From Dudresnaya verticillata (taxonomy: Eukaryota): a stretch of 64,000 bases of DNA. The notes under the pieces were generated by a model. It was not told where the DNA came from and did no database searches. It saw only the letters and a list, made by a program, of their open reading frames with translations. Below are positions 35,891 to 47,699 of the stretch, piece after piece. The DNA lies in the NCBI GenBank assembly GCA_977862235.1, contig OZ374563.1:1240001-1304000 (forward strand). Reading direction: 5' to 3'. Position 1 is the first letter of the stretch. Every line of letters begins with the position of its first letter. The position numbers and the translations under genes were made by a program.

Positions 35891-36230
35891 TCTTTCCCTA
35901 GCCGTCTAGGCTTTCCTTTTCCTTTCCCTATCGTCGGCTTCGTGCCGCCCCACGACGGGGACGCAGGGATCCGGCCGCTGCCGCCCGCGTACGGTACGCC
36001 CCGTGCACGCTCAGGCTTCGACGCCGTTGATCCGCGACCGTCGACGGCGCGCGCGGCCGACACCACCGCTCTACCACCACAGCTACCACCCTTCGACGGG
36101 TCTGGATGCGACTGACCGACCAGCGCAGCTAGACGTCAGTTCGACCTGACGTCTATGCCACACTGGTCTCCCGACCTAGAAGTCGCAGAAGACCCTATCA
36201 CCTCTCGCGTCGACGCGATCGAGGCCAAGA

Positions 36231-38651
36231 ATGCCGCCGCTACCTACTTCGGCCGCTGCCGGTCCGGCAGACGCCGTGGCAGGTGAAGTTGGCGGTCGAC
36301 GCACTTCCTTGCTGAGTAACGTCGGCGTCTCAGGAGCTCCCCTAGAGGAACCGCGCATCGAGCGCAGGGCGGCTATAGCCAAGGCCCTAGGAGGGACAGC
36401 GGTCTCTGCGACCGACCTCCAGCTACTCTACGAGGAGACGATGGACTCACTTTCGGAAGTGTACGACACCTGCATGGCCTCAGTCGCAGACGCGCGGGCA
36501 CAAGGTCAACGTGACCTGGAGTCGCTTCGACGCGGAACTCTCGCCTCCGTCGAGGAAGGATTAACCCGAACTCAAGGGCTCCTCGACGAGCTACGCCAAC
36601 GCGTTGAGTTGATTGAGCACGCACCGGCGCGGTATGACCGACGGGCGCCTAGCCCGTCGCCGGTGCGGAGCCGTCCTCCGCGATCGCCGTCTCAAGCGGA
36701 TCCGGTTCGCGAACTGGCCAAAGCCCTCCTCGCTGAGCGTCGTGCTCAGCGAAACCCTTTTTATCCACCGGCCTCTCCGCCTAGGAGTGGGCAAGGGTCC
36801 CCTCGCCCTACAAGAGATGACGACCCCTTCTACGGGGTCGACCCCAAGCTACTACAACGCGCCCTCGACGGGTGCGGGGTTGGAGGGGCGTCTAGCCCCT
36901 CACCACACGAAGGTCCCGTGTCGGCCTACTGGCACTGGGGGCCATTGATGCCGGGCGTCGAGCCGCTGAGCACCTTGGTACCCGAATTCGCGAAGGCGAT
37001 CGACTACCGCTCCTATCGTCTAGACGACATAAGCCAGCGGGACAATCAGCAGCAAGTCTGCAATGGCAACACCGCCAAGATTGTCAGCCGGATGAAGGCT
37101 CTCATGCCGCGGCTAGATCGCTACGACGGCAAGGAGTCCATCCGCTTGCTTGGCCTGCTTAGACAGCTACGCCAAGCCTTCAACGGCGTCGGCCTGTCGG
37201 AAGGCGCAGCAGCGCGAGTGGTGTCCTGGTTCCTAGACGGAACGGCATCCCAGGTGTATTCGACTCACCTTTTCTCGGGGTTCCGGGCGACTAGTCGCGG
37301 CACCCCCCCGTGCTGGGCCTCGGTAGTCAATACCCTCGTCGAGAGGTTCGTCACCGACGACGTGATCGCCGACGCGCACGACCGACTGACGACCGCCCGG
37401 CAGCGGGACGCCGAGTCAGAACTCGAGTTCGCCTCTCGTCTAGAGGGCTACGCAGATGACTGTGCCGGCGTCTACTCCGACGAGAACGTGACGCACCAGT
37501 TCCTGCGTGGTCTGCTTCCGACCACCCGACCCGCAGTAGCGGAGAAGGTAAGGCAGATGCCAATGGTCGAGCAGACCAACTTCAGTACCGTTCGTCGGAT
37601 CGCCCACAGTGAGGGCACAACCTACCGCGCCCGCATGGCCAAGGCGTCGACGCCGGCCATCGTTTCGGGGCGCGGTAGGGGAAGCAGTTCGCCAAGCGGC
37701 CGCACGCTGCTTATCGAGGGACCACACACACCCGATAGGGAAGCGGCCTTCGACGGCACGATGTTGGTGGCGCCCGATGACGATGGTTTCGAACCCGTCA
37801 TGGTCGTGCCCGCGCTGTCGACAGCCGGGGCGGCGCAAGTCGAGGAGACCCTCGACATCTCAGGACGCATCGACGCCGTCCTGCCGAGGAGGATCCCTCC
37901 GCTCACACCGGCGCAAGAGGCCATGGCCCGCGCTGTCACCCCTGATCAACAGGGGTGGTACATCTGCTGGTTCTGTCGAGAACTTGGGCACATCATGTAC
38001 TCGTGCCCATTCCTGACTAAGGAACAGCAGTTGTACTGCGCGTATGCGAACTGCAACCATAGACTGGAGACGCAGCCGCACGCGCGCAACAACTTGCAGC
38101 AGCTCATCGACGAGCGCATGCCGGCAGGCGCCAAGGCAAGTTACCCCGCAAGACGCTTCGACGCGCAGCGGGGTGGGGCCCGACGCTTCGACGATAGGGG
38201 TCCCCCGCAGCGCTTCGACGCGCAAAGGTATCGCGGGGAGCCGCGACAGTACCGCGGGGATCGTCGAGATCCGCGCCGCGAATACCGAAGGGCAGACGTC
38301 CCGCGGTTCCTCACTCGCGACAAGCGGGTCGGGTTTGACGACCAAGCCGGTCGCCAACCTCGGGCGTCGACGCCCTCGAGGCCCGACCCGCAGCGCGAAC
38401 TGCTTCGGGCAGTGATGACCGTGCAGGAGCACACCGGGCTAGCAGCCGACGAGTGGCTCCCGCGAGCGCTCGACGCGCAGAGCAAGGGCGAGTCCGCCAG
38501 GGGGCAGGTCGAGCAGCCCCCGCTCCTTTTTGACACGCCGCCGCGATCGACGCGAGGCGCCGGCCCGGCCCCTAGCCAGCCAATGGGATCCGAGGAAGAA
38601 AGCTCGGATTCCGAAAATAATTTTGACCGGATCGAACCGGAAAAAGAGTAA
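36231..38651 (+). CDS. gag: Element C gag, 806 aa
   Basis: Intact ORF after the PBS. DYRSYRL...YDGKESI...GLSEGAA block is shared with the other gags here, knuckle CWFCRELGHIMYSC. Confidence 0.88.
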   Translation: MPPLPTSAAAGPADAVAGEVGGRRTSLLSNVGVSGAPLEEPRIERRAAIAKALGGTAVSATDLQLLYEETMDSLSEVYDTCMASVADARAQGQRDLESLRRGTLASVEEGLTRTQGLLDELRQRVELIEHAPARYDRRAPSPSPVRSRPPRSPSQADPVRELAKALLAERRAQRNPFYPPASPPRSGQGSPRPTRDDDPFYGVDPKLLQRALDGCGVGGASSPSPHEGPVSAYWHWGPLMPGVEPLSTLVPEFAKAIDYRSYRLDDISQRDNQQQVCNGNTAKIVSRMKALMPRLDRYDGKESIRLLGLLRQLRQAFNGVGLSEGAAARVVSWFLDGTASQVYSTHLFSGFRATSRGTPPCWASVVNTLVERFVTDDVIADAHDRLTTARQRDAESELEFASRLEGYADDCAGVYSDENVTHQFLRGLLPTTRPAVAEKVRQMPMVEQTNFSTVRRIAHSEGTTYRARMAKASTPAIVSGRGRGSSSPSGRTLLIEGPHTPDREAAFDGTMLVAPDDDGFEPVMVVPALSTAGAAQVEETLDISGRIDAVLPRRIPPLTPAQEAMARAVTPDQQGWYICWFCRELGHIMYSCPFLTKEQQLYCAYANCNHRLETQPHARNNLQQLIDERMPAGAKASYPARRFDAQRGGARRFDDRGPPQRFDAQRYRGEPRQYRGDRRDPRREYRRADVPRFLTRDKRVGFDDQAGRQPRASTPSRPDPQRELLRAVMTVQEHTGLAADEWLPRALDAQSKGESARGQVEQPPLLFDTPPRSTRGAGPAPSQPMGSEEESSDSENNFDRIEPEKE

Positions 38652-41600
38652 AGGCGGCGCCGTTCGTGCGGTCGCGCGCACCGTCTCTCTCTACCCCAGA
38701 CCCACCATCCTCCGCCAAGCCGTCGGCGGCAGGCAGGACGTCGAGTCCCAACCAACGAAGGACCCCCTCGCCAAGCAGCGCTGAGGGGCCGCTTTGCGAC
38801 GAGCCGTCGAAAGCCACGCGCTCCAGGCCACCTTGGCCCCCGCGGCGTCGACGCAAGCGACAGGCACGACGCCGAGCGTATAGGGGTCCGTCGACGGATC
38901 ACGAGGCACCCTCCGCTCGACGCAAAGGTGCCATGGCTCACTGCGTCGACGCGGAGCCGGCCACTACCCCCGACGGGTATGTGTTCCTCTTGTCCTAGGA
39001 GATATACCGCGTGTCTGGGTCGCTCGGCGCTGACCCAGGGGTAATGATACCCCACACCATTGCGGTGGACACCGGCTCCGGGTACAACCTCATCGCGAAG
39101 CGGGCGCTGCCGCCCGGATGGGATCAGCACGCGGCGGCGATGGAGTCGACTCCTCGCCTCGCCGGGGCTGATAAGACCCCACTGAGCCTATCAGGGGTGG
39201 CGCACCTCTCGATGAGGTTGGGGAACACGACGTTCCGCGTGCCATTCATAGTGGCAGACACCTTGGCCGTCGACGTCCTGGTGGGAACGCAGTTCCTCAA
39301 TGCGCACGTGCGAGGCATCGACGTCGAGTCGAAACGCCTATCGCTCCGACGTGGGGGCTCGGTGCCCCTCCTCAAGCGCAGTAGACCTGCCGAGGACCGC
39401 AAGCCAGCATCGAAGCCGAAGAACCCGTCGACGGGTTTGTCGAGGAAGCACCAGAGGGAGCTCCTCGACTGGGATCACGACACCCACACCATCCGCCTCT
39501 CTAGGCAGATGGTGCTCCCAGCCTATTCCCAAAGGCTCGTCTACGTGACGTCAGGAGCAAGTGGGCTGATCCACACCGAACCCAAACCCTCGTTGCAGTT
39601 CCGCCACGGCGTGAGACTTACCAACGGGGTGCACGACGTCGAGTCGATGCGACCTTTCGGGGTCATCGTCGGGAACTTCACCGACAAGCCTCGGACCCTG
39701 CCTAAGGGTACCGTTGTCGGCTACGCGGTTAGGGACCCGGTGGCACTGATAACTCCAGACCGCAAAGTCGCGGAGGAGTTTGGGCGGGTGATGAACATCA
39801 CCACCCTACCACCACGTGGGCAGAGGCCCCCGGTCAATCAGGGTGCCGTGGAACCATCCACCTCGCCGTCGACGGCGAAGGGCACCGACGCCCAGCCGCT
39901 GCAGGGCGCAGCTACCGCCGCAGCGAAGGCCAACCCGTCCGTAGAGGAATGGGAGGCGCAGGTCGATCTCTCGTCTATCGAAGACGAGGTGACCCGCACG
40001 GAGGTCCTCTCCATGCTCAGGAAGCATCAGTCCATGTGGGACGGGAGGCTGGGCACTATTGCCGCCACCCGACACCACATCGACGTGGAACGGGGCACTC
40101 GCCCATCCGCTCCATGCCCTACCGACAGGGCCCTGCCATGCGCAAGCTGGTGCAGGACGAGGTGGATAACATGCTTCGTGCTGGGGTTATCGAACCCGCC
40201 ACCTCGGAATGGGCATCGCCAGTCGTCCTGGCGCCCAAGAAGGACGGCACACTTAGGTTTTGCGTGGACTATCGACGTCTCAACACGAAAACACTAAGTG
40301 ATGCGTACCCTATACCGAGGATGGACGACTGCATCGACAGTCTAGGCGACGCAGCCGTCTTCTCGACGTTGGACTGCAACGCGGGGTACTGGCAAATCCC
40401 TGTCGCAGAGGCTGACAGTGATAAGACCACGTTCACTTCGTTCTTAGGGACGTTTCGCTACTTGCGAATGCCCTTCGGGCTGAAGAACGCCCCCGCGACT
40501 TTCCAGCGCGCACTGGACATCATCCTCAGCGGAGTCCGATGGCAGTGCTGCCTGATCTATCTAGACGATGTGATCATTTTCTCGCGGTCGATCGCGGAGC
40601 ACGTTGGTCATCTAGACAAAGTGCTGACTCTGTTGCACAAGGGAGGAGTATCCCTGAAACTGAAGAAGTGCCACTTCTTTCAGTCACGCGTTGGCTATCT
40701 CGGCCACGTCATCGAACCGGGGAAGCTACGCATGGCGCAGATGAGCAGCGACGCTTTCCGCCATGCGCAGTTCCCGACCTCCCTGACTAAGGTGAGGTCG
40801 TTCCTCGGCGCGTGCAATGTCTATCGCCGCTTCGCGCGCAACTTCGCGAAGATCGCGCGTCCTCTGACGAACATGACCCGCAAAGACGCGGATGTGTATT
40901 TCGACAATCCAAGCGCCGACGCGCTCGAGGCATATGAGACGCTCAGAGCGAAGCTCATATCGCCCCCTATCCTACGGCTCCCCAAAACGGGTACACCCTA
41001 CGTCCTCGATACGGACGCATCGGCTTATCAGCTCGGATGCGCCCTACTGCAGGAGCAGGAGGACGGCCAGCTACACCCAGTCGGGTACTGGTCCTACTCG
41101 CTCAACTCGGCGGAGCGCAATTACTCCGCCACTGAGCGTGAGTGCTTCGCAGTGGTGTGGTCGATCACAACCCTGCGGCCATATATCGAAGGCACGCGAT
41201 TCACGGTTCGAACCGATCACGATGCGCTTCGATGGCTGATGTCGCTGAACGACTCTTCGGGTCGACTGACCCGGTGGCGCCTGCGGCTCGCGGAATTCGA
41301 CTTCCAGATCGAGTACCGCCCCGGGCGGGTACACCAAGTCCCGGATGCCTTGTCCCGCTTGGTTCGACCCCAGCGGAAACAGGAGGAGGTTGACGACGAC
41401 GTCCCTACCTTTGACCCCCCGGCGATCGACCGCCAGCAAGGGGAGTCCTCGGCTGAGACGCCGGTGGCACGTTCGGGTACAGAACCCGCGGCTCCCGTCT
41501 TGGTAACCACACGCTCGCGGGCCAACGCATCTACGGGTTCGGCCCCAGCGCAGCCCATCCCGAAGCCAGTCCCGGGAAGCATCACCAGCACCGCGCCCAA

Positions 41601-43269
41601 GACGGTCGCGGCAGACGAACCACCGGACTTGGCCCACGAAGCGGCGTGGGACGACACCGACGACGTCGACCTCTTCGATCTCCTCCGCGTCGACGCGGGA
41701 GACGAGCCATCGGACTTGACGTCCGTGGCGCCAGTGAAGCTCCCTTCACCTATTTCCGTCGAGGAATTTGTGGACGCGCAGCGGCACGACTCCTTCTGCC
41801 AGACCGTACTGGCCAGGCAGTCCCGTCGACGGGATAGCCATTTTTACGAGGACGGGGATGGACTTCTATGCCGCCATCATCCGGTCATAGCTTCGCTAGA
41901 CCAGATAGTGGTGCCCGAGTCGTTACAGCCTCGGCTGCTCACGCTCGCGCACCACTCCCTCCTCGCGGGCCACCCAGGGCAGAACAAGATGTTCTATTCC
42001 CTGCGTGAGACCTACTACTGGCCGCATATGGCGGCCAGAATCGCCATGACAGTAAGAAACTGCAGGCACTGTGCCCGTAACCGCATTCGACTGCGCAGAC
42101 ACCTTCATAGACTGAAGCTGTTCCCGGCCACCAGGCCGCTGGAATCCGTCGCTATCGACATACTGGGCCCCTTGCCCAAGACCAAGTCTGGTCGCAAATT
42201 CCTCGTCGTCATGACGGACCGCTTTACTAAGCTGACGCAAGTCGCGCCTCTGCGCACCATTACGGCTTACAACGTCGCAGTTGTCTTCTGTGAACAGTGG
42301 GTCTTCCACTACGGGCCGCCTAGGTCCTTGCTTTCCGATAACGGAAAGCAGTTCACATCGAAGTTCTTCCAAGCCGTCTGCCGGTATTTAGGTTTGAACA
42401 ACGTGTTCACCTCCGCGTATCACCCCCAGTCGAATGGGCAGGCTGAACGCTACAACCGGACCGTCATGGCCATGTTGAGGAACTACGTCAACGATCACCA
42501 AAACGATTGGGATCGATACGCCTCTGCGTTGACGTATTCCTACAACTGTCACGTGCACCGCTCGACACGGACGACTCCATTCAGCTTAGTGCTGTCACGG
42601 CCTCCGCCGGAATTTACTAAGTTTCACTCGGCGGTCGACCGCCCGAAATCTAGTGAGGATGTCCGAACGGACTTCCTCAAGCGGTTAGACACCGCTATGG
42701 GCCTGGCTTCTGCCGCCCTGGCCAAAACGCAGAGGCGTTACAAAAAGGACTTTGACCGACGGGTCCGGAAGGTCAACTCCCGCATCAAGGCCGGAGACTA
42801 TGTCTTCATCGACGCAACTGATGGGGTGACGAAACCACCGAAGTTGCAGAGCCCGGCCATCGGGCCTTATCGCGTGCTGCTCAACGACGAGCGCACGTTG
42901 TTTATCGACAGAGACGGCTTGGTCGAACGCATCGCAGCGGACCGAGCCATCTTCTGTCCCCCGCCTCTGCGGGAAGACACCGCGCGTCGAAGCGCGTACT
43001 TGCCCACCGCCAACGATCTCGCGTCCAAGGCCGTCGACGGCCCGCGGTTCGTGGTGGACAAGGTACTTGACCATGGCACGGCCGAAGACGGCACGATGCT
43101 CTTTCAGGTCAAGTGGACCGGCTACTCTAAGCCGACTTGGGAACCTCGATCCCATTTGCCGGAGGAGATGGTGAGCCAATACTTCCGCGCGCAGAAGCGT
43201 CGGAAGGGCTCTGGGCTCGACGCCCCATCCCCTCCACTCGCCCCCTCGGCGGGGGCGCCTCGTGCTTAA
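38642..43269 (+). pseudogene. pol: Element C pol (PR-RT-RNaseH-IN-chromodomain), nearly intact
   Basis: In the -1 frame to gag. VDTGSG, YLDD, LDTDAS, HHCC, SDNGKQF and FQVKWTGY...TWEP motifs. One TAG at 38996-38998 and one frameshift near 40102. Confidence 0.92.
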
Positions 43270-46200
43270 GGAGGGGGCCCCAGGCATTCTTTGCCTCAGG
43301 CATTCTTTGCCTGTTATTACCCTCATCCAGGCACCCTTTGCCTTTTTCCCAGCGACGGGAACACGTGGGGCCTAATCCCCACGGTAAGGGCATGAATTGC
43401 GGCTGCCTAAGCCGGCGGCCCAAGCCGAAAGCACCCCGCGCCAATGGCAGAGGCCAAGGAGCAGGGGTGCTCTGCGAACTGCGCATCGCAGGGACGCTGG
43501 GCACGACGCCCCTCGCCACTACCGGCTCGACGCCCGGCAGTAGCGAAGTCCCGCTACGCGGAAGACAACCCGCACCGTCGGGGGTTGTCTGACCAACGCC
43601 GCCGCGAAGCCGCGCACAGGTGGCGAAGGGCAGGCGTCGACGCCCCCTTCTCCACCGCCACGCGGCAGAAGCCCAGGCAAAAACGAGGGCACGCGCACGC
43701 CGAGTCGACTCGGACGGAGGGCCCTCGCCGTATGCGCACGCGAAACGAGCGTCGAAGCTCGACGCGACCAGGCTGGAGAAACCACTGAGCCATCCAAGCC
43801 GAAGCGCCACCGACGTCGACGTCAAGTGGCAGCTGCACGCAGATGGCGGAGGGCAGGCGTCGACGCCCCCTTCACCAACGCCGCGCCGCGGCCGCGCGTA
43901 ATATTCGGCCAACACCCACCGCCCTGGCGCCTAGCCGGGCGGGGTGCCAACGCGCACAGCCCCCACGTCGATGTGGGGCGCCAGAGCCAAGAAGGCCGGC
44001 GTCCTTCGAGTTGCACCGCTGCGCTTCGACGCGTGAGCGGCACAACCACCGCGACGATGGGAAGGCCGAGGGCACCGCGGCAGACGACCGGCCCCTGCCA
44101 AATACAGGCGCGCGCTTACCCACATTTGGGACGCGTGCGCCACACCCACAAGCGCAGAGGCGCAGATTTGTGTTCAGGCTACGGTGTCTACTGTAGCCAA
44201 AACACAAATAATTGGGAACGCCCAATGGGGTCCGACACCCCCGGGCCTCTGCCCACTCATCCAGGGGCATCGACGCCCCTGGCCTGGGGTTGGCTGCACA
44301 AGCCGCCGCCACGCTCGTGGCTACTCCCGGCGGAGGGGACCCCGTCGACGCGGTCACCTCCGGCGCAAAGCCGCGACGCCACTAGGGGCACCCGCTCCGC
44401 GTTGACGCTCCGCATCGACGCGGCGTTGCGCGCGCTGGCAGCCCCTGTATGGCGTCGACGCCAGCACTGCGGACCGCCACCCGCTTCGACGCGGGTCAGG
44501 CACAATAGCACCCATGAGGAGGTGGGCCGTCGAAGCCCCACCACCTGCTACAGCGAGCATAGCTCACACGCAGCCGCGCGGTCGAAGGCGCAGCTGTTGA
44601 AAACGCGTCGACGCGGACCGAAGTCTTCGCCCACCCCTTGACCTTTAATGAACCAGACACGCAGCGGCGGTCTAAAAACTAGCGAGGCGATCGACCGCCT
44701 CGAACTAGGATGCTTCTACAGCATAAGCCACTACGGCATAACTACTGGGCGGCCTCGCCCCCAGGACCCACGCCGGGAAAGGCGGACGCAGAGCCCGCTG
44801 CCCCCGGCGCCGGGGGCACGTAGCCCTCAACCACCGTTGTGGTTGCCGCTGGCGCTGGTGGAAGACCCCCGGCGGGAAGCGGAGGCGCCGAGCCTCCGTG
44901 CGCGCTCAGGCTTCGACGCCGTTGATCCGCGACCGTCGACGGCGCGCGCGGCCGACACCACCGCTCTACCACCACAGCTACCACTCTTCGACGGGTCTGG
45001 GTGCGACTGATGGACCAGCGCAGCTAGACGTCAGTTCGACCTGACGTCTATGCCACACGTTTGCCGGAGTGGAGTGGGTGGCACTGTATCCTTTTCAGGC
45101 GTAGTATCCGTTTCGGTGTCTCCACTTTCAACGCCTAGGACAAGGCTGCTTGCGGCATCAGGCTGCTGAGTCTGTTTCCAATTGGTTAGTCGCACACCAT
45201 GTTGCACTACACCATTAGGAGTCGATTCCATAACGAAGCAAGGCACTTCTTCATCCAGTTCAGCTTTGTCAGCACCACCTGTTCGGAGTCTCGACATACC
45301 GTCTGCGAGTTGGTGCTTGATACCAGGGCGGTATTGTACTTCGAACTCAAATTCCGATAGGCGTAGGCGCCATCTTGCCAAGCGTCCAGACGCATCGGCT
45401 AGACTCAATATCCAGCTTAATGCGTCGTGATCCGTACGGAGTATAAACTTTTCACCGTAAAGGTAGGGGCGTAGCGTTAGCATACTCCAAACTACAGCAA
45501 GGCACTCCTTTTCAGTGGTTGTGTAATTCTTCTCCACATCGGTTAGGCTTCAGCTCCAGTAACCCACTGGTACATTATCTCCACTAGGTTGCTCCTGGAG
45601 AAGGACACACCCAACTTGGTAGTCACCAGCGTCGGTATCCAAAGTATAATTGAAACCGTGACGGGGTAAAACCAATATTGGAGGGGAGATTAAGTGTCTC
45701 TTTAGCTCCTCAAAGGCGTTAAACGCCGTTTCGGTGAGAGTTCCAAACTCGAATACCAGACCCTTGCCGGTTTTCTTATTGAGTGGCGAAGCAATACGTG
45801 CGAAATTAGGAACGAAGCATCGATAGACGTTACATAACCCTAGAAAAGAGCGCAACTCCGTTTGGTTTGTAGGTGGCTTAGCCTCCTTAACGGCGAGAAT
45901 ATTCTTCCGTTCCACTTCCAGTTGGCCCGGGCGCACTATGTGGCCCAGATACTGTACGGAAGTGTCGAAGAAGGCACACTTTGATAATTTCAGCGTTACA
46001 CCTGCGGAACGGAGTAGCGTGAGTACCTCCTTAAGGTGTTCGAATGCTCCGTGACGGTGTTAGAATATACAATCACATCATCCAGGTAGACTAAGGCAAA
46101 TTGCCATTTCACCGTAGATAGGATGATGTCAACCGCCCGTTGGAAAGTAGCCGGTGCGAAAGGCATTCTCCGGAAGCGGTATAATCCATAATGACTGGTG

Positions 46201-47699
46201 AAGGTAGTTTTGTCACGCTCCTCCTCGGGGATCTCTACTTGCCAGTAGCTACTATTACAATCGAGAGTGGTGAATACTGTAGCTTCTCCAAGGGAGTCGA
46301 TACATTCATCCATCCGGGGTAAAGGGTATGAATCCCGAACGGTGACAGCGTTAAGACGCCTGTAATCGACACAAAACCGCATGGAGCCGTCCTTTTTAGG
46401 AACAAAGACCACAGGGCTGGCCCACTCCAAAGCGGATGGCTCGATCACCTTAGCGGACAACATACGATCCACTTCTGCCTTCTCCAGCTCGCGCTGTTTA
46501 TGTCCTGCCCGATATGGTGCTTGATACACCGGTTTGGCACCAGGCATTAATTCAATACGGTGTTTCGCGGCAGTTATATTTCCTAACTCGCCGTTCCACA
46601 TAGTGCTGAACTCCTCGAGGAGTGTAACCACCTTAGCGCGGAGTTTTTCATCCTTGGCACCAATATGGATGTTTTCTTTCCAATCGGTGTTAGGGGTTGT
46701 AGTTGATTCCGATGCGGTGTTTCCTTTGAATCCATCTTGGGGTGTAGCCTTACTGATTTCATTAGGAGGAGTAGGAAAGGAATTAATATGTCCTCCCCCT
46801 CCTTAAATGGAGGTACACCGTTAACGGTGAGTATGGCAGAGGGAGCAGCAGTAGCGAGGCCCAGGACGGTAGACTTTGGTAACCGCACCGGTTTGGGGAA
46901 AAAGTAGTCAGCCACACCTTAAAGGGTTTGTTAGGGATTATATCCATAACTCCATTAGCCATAAGGGTGAGGTGCTTATGGATGGGTTTGGGATGGTTTT
47001 GAAGAAAACAAAAACCACCGGTAGGAGTGGTGACCAATGCAAGGGATTGGGTCATAGGGGGGATAATAAGGGATTTTGCTAGTCGGAGCTTTTGCGATAC
47101 CGAAGCGGATGGCACAGGGGGGCCCTGAAGGGTAGAAGCAGCCACCGTTTTGGAGTGTCTGGTTTGTCCCATTAGCGAAACCGGAGAGTGGTGATGAAAA
47201 ACAACTTTCCGTGCCGGTGGGAGGATCGCCTTGACATGGCGATCAATGAAACTCGTTCCCAGGATATACAGAGCAGCGAGGTTCGCGACCACTAGGAAGT
47301 GGACTCGAGTACGTAATTCTCCGATACGGACAAAAAGCTGAATGACACCAAGCGGGCGTATCGACCTATTGGACGCATCCCGTAAAGGTGGACTGGCAGC
47401 GGGGCGAATCAAAGACAACCAGTGGCGTGGAAGCCGTCTGGCGTTAATGAGATTTGGCCCAGCACCAGAATCCAATACGGTGATGAGAGGTAACATGAGG
47501 TCATTACTCCTTCCCACGGTAATCTAGATTTTATAATTCTGCCGTTGTAGAACACAGACAGAATCAACGGGTGGTGGAAATTCAAGGGGAATTTCTGGAA
47601 CAAAATCAAGGGGGTACTCCGTAATGGTGGCAGACTGACAGTCCGGCAAAGCCCGTATTGGTGGGCGTACCACGTCGCATTGAGGAGACGGGGACGCCC

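Larger units (their letters stand above)
35425..45057 (+). mobile_element. Ty3/Gypsy chromovirus copy C with discordant LTRs
   Basis: 5' LTR ends ...ATGCCACA at 36162, PBS at 36164-36181, then gag and pol with chromodomain. The 3' end repeats only 36001-36162 at 44896-45057. Left boundary (TGTAAG at 35425) is tentative. Confidence 0.9.

Noticed and set aside
43127..45010. Many overlapping 100-270 aa ORFs after pol of C
   Set aside because: Arg/Pro/Ala-rich frames on both strands are expected from GC-rich non-coding DNA.
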